A stretch of 64,000 bases of DNA, taken from NCBI RefSeq assembly GCF_009914755.1, contig NC_060926.1; one strand, written 5' to 3'. Made by a program: the position numbers and the translations under genes. Of this stretch, positions 61,086 to 64,000 are shown in pieces. Every line of letters begins with the position of its first letter. Position 1 is the first letter of the stretch. The stretch is from the human T2T-CHM13v2.0 reference genome, Homo sapiens. The notes under the pieces were generated by a model that worked only from the letters and a program-made list of their open reading frames with translations, made no database searches and had not been told where the DNA came from.

Positions 61086-61271
61086 CACAGGGACTGCGCG
61101 CACAAAATATGAGGCCCACAGGGACCGCGCGCGCAAAATATGAGGCCCACAGGGACCGCGCGCGCAAAATATGAGGCCCACAGGCACCGCGCACACAAAA
61201 TATGAGGCCCACAGGGACTGCGCGCACAAATTATGAGTCCCACGGGGACCGCGCACACAAAATATGAGGCC
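61086..61271. repeat. 31-bp minisatellite x6, CpG-rich
   Basis: Unit cacagggaccgcgcgcacaaaatatgaggcc. Confidence 0.97.
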
Positions 61272-61405
61272 CGCCATCTAAGGGCTCTACTGGCTTCACA
61301 AGTCAAGTTTGATTCCTTAAAGGAGAGCACACCATTCCAGTCAAAGCCTTGCTAAAACAACCAGTTCTTCCAATTGTGTCCTGCCATAAAAGAAAACAGA
61401 CTTTT

Positions 61406-61724
61406 GGTCGGGTGCCATGGCTCACACCTGTAATCCCAGCACTTTGGGAGCCCGAGGCGGGCAGATCACCTGATGTCAGGAGTTCAAGACCAGCCTAGCC
61501 AATGTGGCGAAACCCTGTCTGTACTAAAAAACACAAAAGTTAGCTGGGCATGGTGGTGCATGCCTGTAATCCCAGCTACTCGGGAGGCTGAGGCAGGGAG
61601 AATTGCTTGAACCTGGGAGGTGGAGGTTGCAGTGAGCCGAGATTGCACCACTGCTCTCCAGCCTGGGGAACAGAGCAAGATTCCATCTCAAAAAAAAAAA
61701 AAAGAAAGAAAGAAAGAAAGAAAA
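61406..61724 (+). mobile_element. AluS inside provirus
   Basis: TSD aaagaaaacagactt; (AAAG)n tail. Confidence 0.92.
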
Positions 61725-62901
61725 CAGACTTGTATTGCACCTTTGCAAATAACCATACTGCCATAATTTAAGGATACTCACAGGTAGTTTCCAGACTCGG
61801 GAGAAAACCAGGCAGAGAGAAATAAGCATGCCTCAAATTTTGTTCATGGGAGCACACCAAACTGTCAAAAGCTGTTGATAGCTCAAAAGAAAAGCCTCTT
61901 TGACTCTGAAAAGCAAACAAAGGACCAACAATATTCCGAGCAAAACATCAAAAAGATCACTCCAGTCTGTTAGTTCAGTTCACGCAGTCAGTTCCTGTCC
62001 TGCCTGATATCAATGAACATTCCAGCTCTTCAAGAGTCCTGAACGTCCTTCCTCTATTCTGATGTCACAATCTGCAAAGTTATCAGAAACCTGCATTCAA
62101 GAGCACCTGTCAGAACTTTATAGCTGATCATAAAACCACCTTCTAAAGAGGACCAAAACAAGACAACAATTGTTCATGGATGACAAAAAGTTTTAGGGTG
62201 GCCGCAGTTAAAGACACAATTGATGAGGAAATCTGTTACCTACGTGGCACACAACAATTTTAACATAACAATTATAATTATTACTGATAATGTACACTAA
62301 AACATATCAGGATTGTAGGAGTCTCCCACAACCTTGGAACACATACCAAAAACATATCTACACAAATATAGCCCAAAGAAAGCCAAGCACCATTTCGTAT
62401 TTGACAATATTTTCTGTATAATTTTTATACCAAATAAGCCAAATTTCACCTTTACATTAGTGTACTATGAATGTTAAACCGAATTAATAAATCCTTATAG
62501 ACATATTTACTCAATTTTAATATTTGACCACAAGGTAAGATTTTTATAGACTTTTTATAGCCCTTTACAATTTTTGTTAAAGAGCAGGTTAGTGCTCTAA
62601 GAGAAACCCACTGTGCTTTTATTTTAATAAAATTTAATTTACAGAAAAACTGGAGGATACCCCTTTTAGCCAATATGTTTACACACAGAACTGCCTCTAA
62701 AATCAGCCTTTCACAACTAGCCCAAACCTTCATTTTTATTTTATCCAACTGAAAAAAAAATCCTTTAACCTTTCAAACTTGGCAAAAATCCACATTCTCA
62801 TGCCTCCCTGCAATCTTTCTACCAAAACTATATTTTACTTTTCCTACATACCTTGCATGTAAGGACAGTGGCTTGGAATGTTGGAACCTTTCCTTGGAAT
62901 G

Positions 62902-62919
62902 TTCTGGGTTTCAGCACCA
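62902..62919 (-). promoter_or_regulatory. Retroviral primer-binding site, tRNA-Phe type
   Basis: Minus strand TGGTGCTGAAACCCAGAA versus tRNA-Phe complement TGGTGCCGAAACCCGGGA, 2 nt inside the 5' LTR end. Confidence 0.8.
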
Positions 62920-62921
62920 AA

Positions 62922-63364
62922 TGTAAGACTTGAAGAAGGAAGAAAGAAACATGAAAAGCGGCTCAACAGTCAAAGACAGATTTATTTTGGAGAATAAACC
63001 TGAGAGGAGCTTCTGGCCGATTTCTCTCAGGGGCACTCTCTCTTATAGACTAAGGGTATTTACGGGTTTAGGGAGGGAGAGCTTATCACAGGTTCAGAAT
63101 GTTTCTGGTTGGAGGAGAGTTTTATTTTGGGGTGAGAAGGTTTCTGGTCGGCAGGGAAGTTATCTCAGGTTGGCATGTTTCTGGTTGGAGACAGGTTTAT
63201 CTCAGGGTTGGAATGTGTCTGGTTGGAGGTGTCATTTGTAGTTTATGATCATGCTGACATTAGCCATTAGGCTGCTGTTTTTGGGGTGGATTTAGGTGGT
63301 TTTTAATCAAGAGGAACTTAAAATGGCAGTGTTTGTCCAAGATGGTGATGCTCCTGCTCTGTGA
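62922..63364 (-). mobile_element. 5' LTR (MER61-like)
   Basis: About 92% identical to the other LTR over the first ~170 bp; about 39 bp longer from an extra internal repeat unit. Confidence 0.88.
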
Positions 63365-63438
63365 CTGAGCTCAAGCGATTTGCCTGCCTCGGCCTCCCAA
63401 AGTGCTGGGATTACAGGCGAGAGGCACTGTTCCCAGCC
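63365..63438 (-). mobile_element. AluJ 5' remainder
   Basis: ctgagctcaagcgat...caaagtgctgggattacagg...cccagcc. Confidence 0.9.
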
Positions 63439-63849
63439 GTTGGCCCGTTTTCTAAAGCCACGTCTTCCTCTGCGATCATCCAGAACAACACAGATTCTCC
63501 ACCTCCTCTTTTTCTAAGCTCTTGCTGCAAATGCTGGAGAAAGAACAGTGAGCGTTCAGGCTGCAGCTTGGCCAAAAGGCCAGCGAGGGAGAAGTAATTA
63601 CCTCGGCAATGACAGGTGTTCCATCCTTTCTTCTCCCCTGGAAATATCAGCCATCCATCAGCCAGGGCCAAACACCCACCCACATCTGGCTCGGAAAGCA
63701 GTAATGTACCAGGAAGCAGCTGTTTTCGAGAGAAGCCAGCCCTCTGTCAGTTTACTAGCTTATTCTCTCACTCATTCAACATTCCTGTGTTTATCATACC
63801 ATCCCAGGGGTGGTGTGGCTTAAGGATGGGTCTCGGGCTGGCCTGGCTG

Positions 63850-64000
63850 CTCCTGTTTCCCGACTGCCACCCACTAGCTGTGTGACCTCAAGCAAGCTGC
63901 TTAACCTCCCATGCCTTGGTTTCCTCAACCATTAAGTGGGAGGTAACAATAGTGGCACCTACGCATAGATTGTTCTTGGGGGGTAAATGAATTAATACAT
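63850..64000 (+). mobile_element. MIR
   Basis: actagctgtgtgacctc..gcaag..cttaacctc..gcct..gtttcctca..taacaatagt..cacctac. Confidence 0.75.

Noticed and set aside
61086-61271. 31-bp direct repeats resembling a CRISPR array
   Set aside because: Units are contiguous with no unique spacers, no cas genes, and the DNA is human.
63171-63180. p53 response element in the MER61-like LTR
   Set aside because: Only one imperfect half-site (TGGCATGTTT); the other repeat units read GAATG, so no full site is visible.

Overview
Human non-coding genomic DNA (it carries a human-specific AluYb8 segment). It is GC-rich and repeat-dense: about 40 Alus plus L1, L2, MIR, MaLR/ERV1 LTRs and MER DNA transposons. I found no credible protein-coding exon; the long ORFs in the track come from Alus, GC-rich unique DNA or a triplet VNTR. 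I could not identify the locus. Antisense bias of Alu/L1 fragments and several strong + strand splice-site pairs suggest an intron or spliced lncRNA on the + strand (inference). Main structures: (1) a non-TE inverted duplication of about 560 bp (22244-22805 / 24278-24837) with a templated 36-bp junction copy, enclosing a CpG-rich patch and a CTCF-like motif; (2) a chimeric AluYb8/AluS element without a TSD (17701-18020), a candidate human-specific conversion or deletion scar; (3) a two-LTR MER61-like ERV1 provirus with tRNA-Phe PBS inserted inside an AluJ (59333-63364), containing a CpG-rich 31-bp VNTR; (4) a 1-kb hierarchical GAT/GGT VNTR (50612-51592); (5) several AT-rich islands rich in developmental TF motifs. 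I do not see evidence for a wholly new biological system. Repeat family names are from recalled consensus sequences and need RepeatMasker/Dfam confirmation; boundaries of old repeats are approximate.
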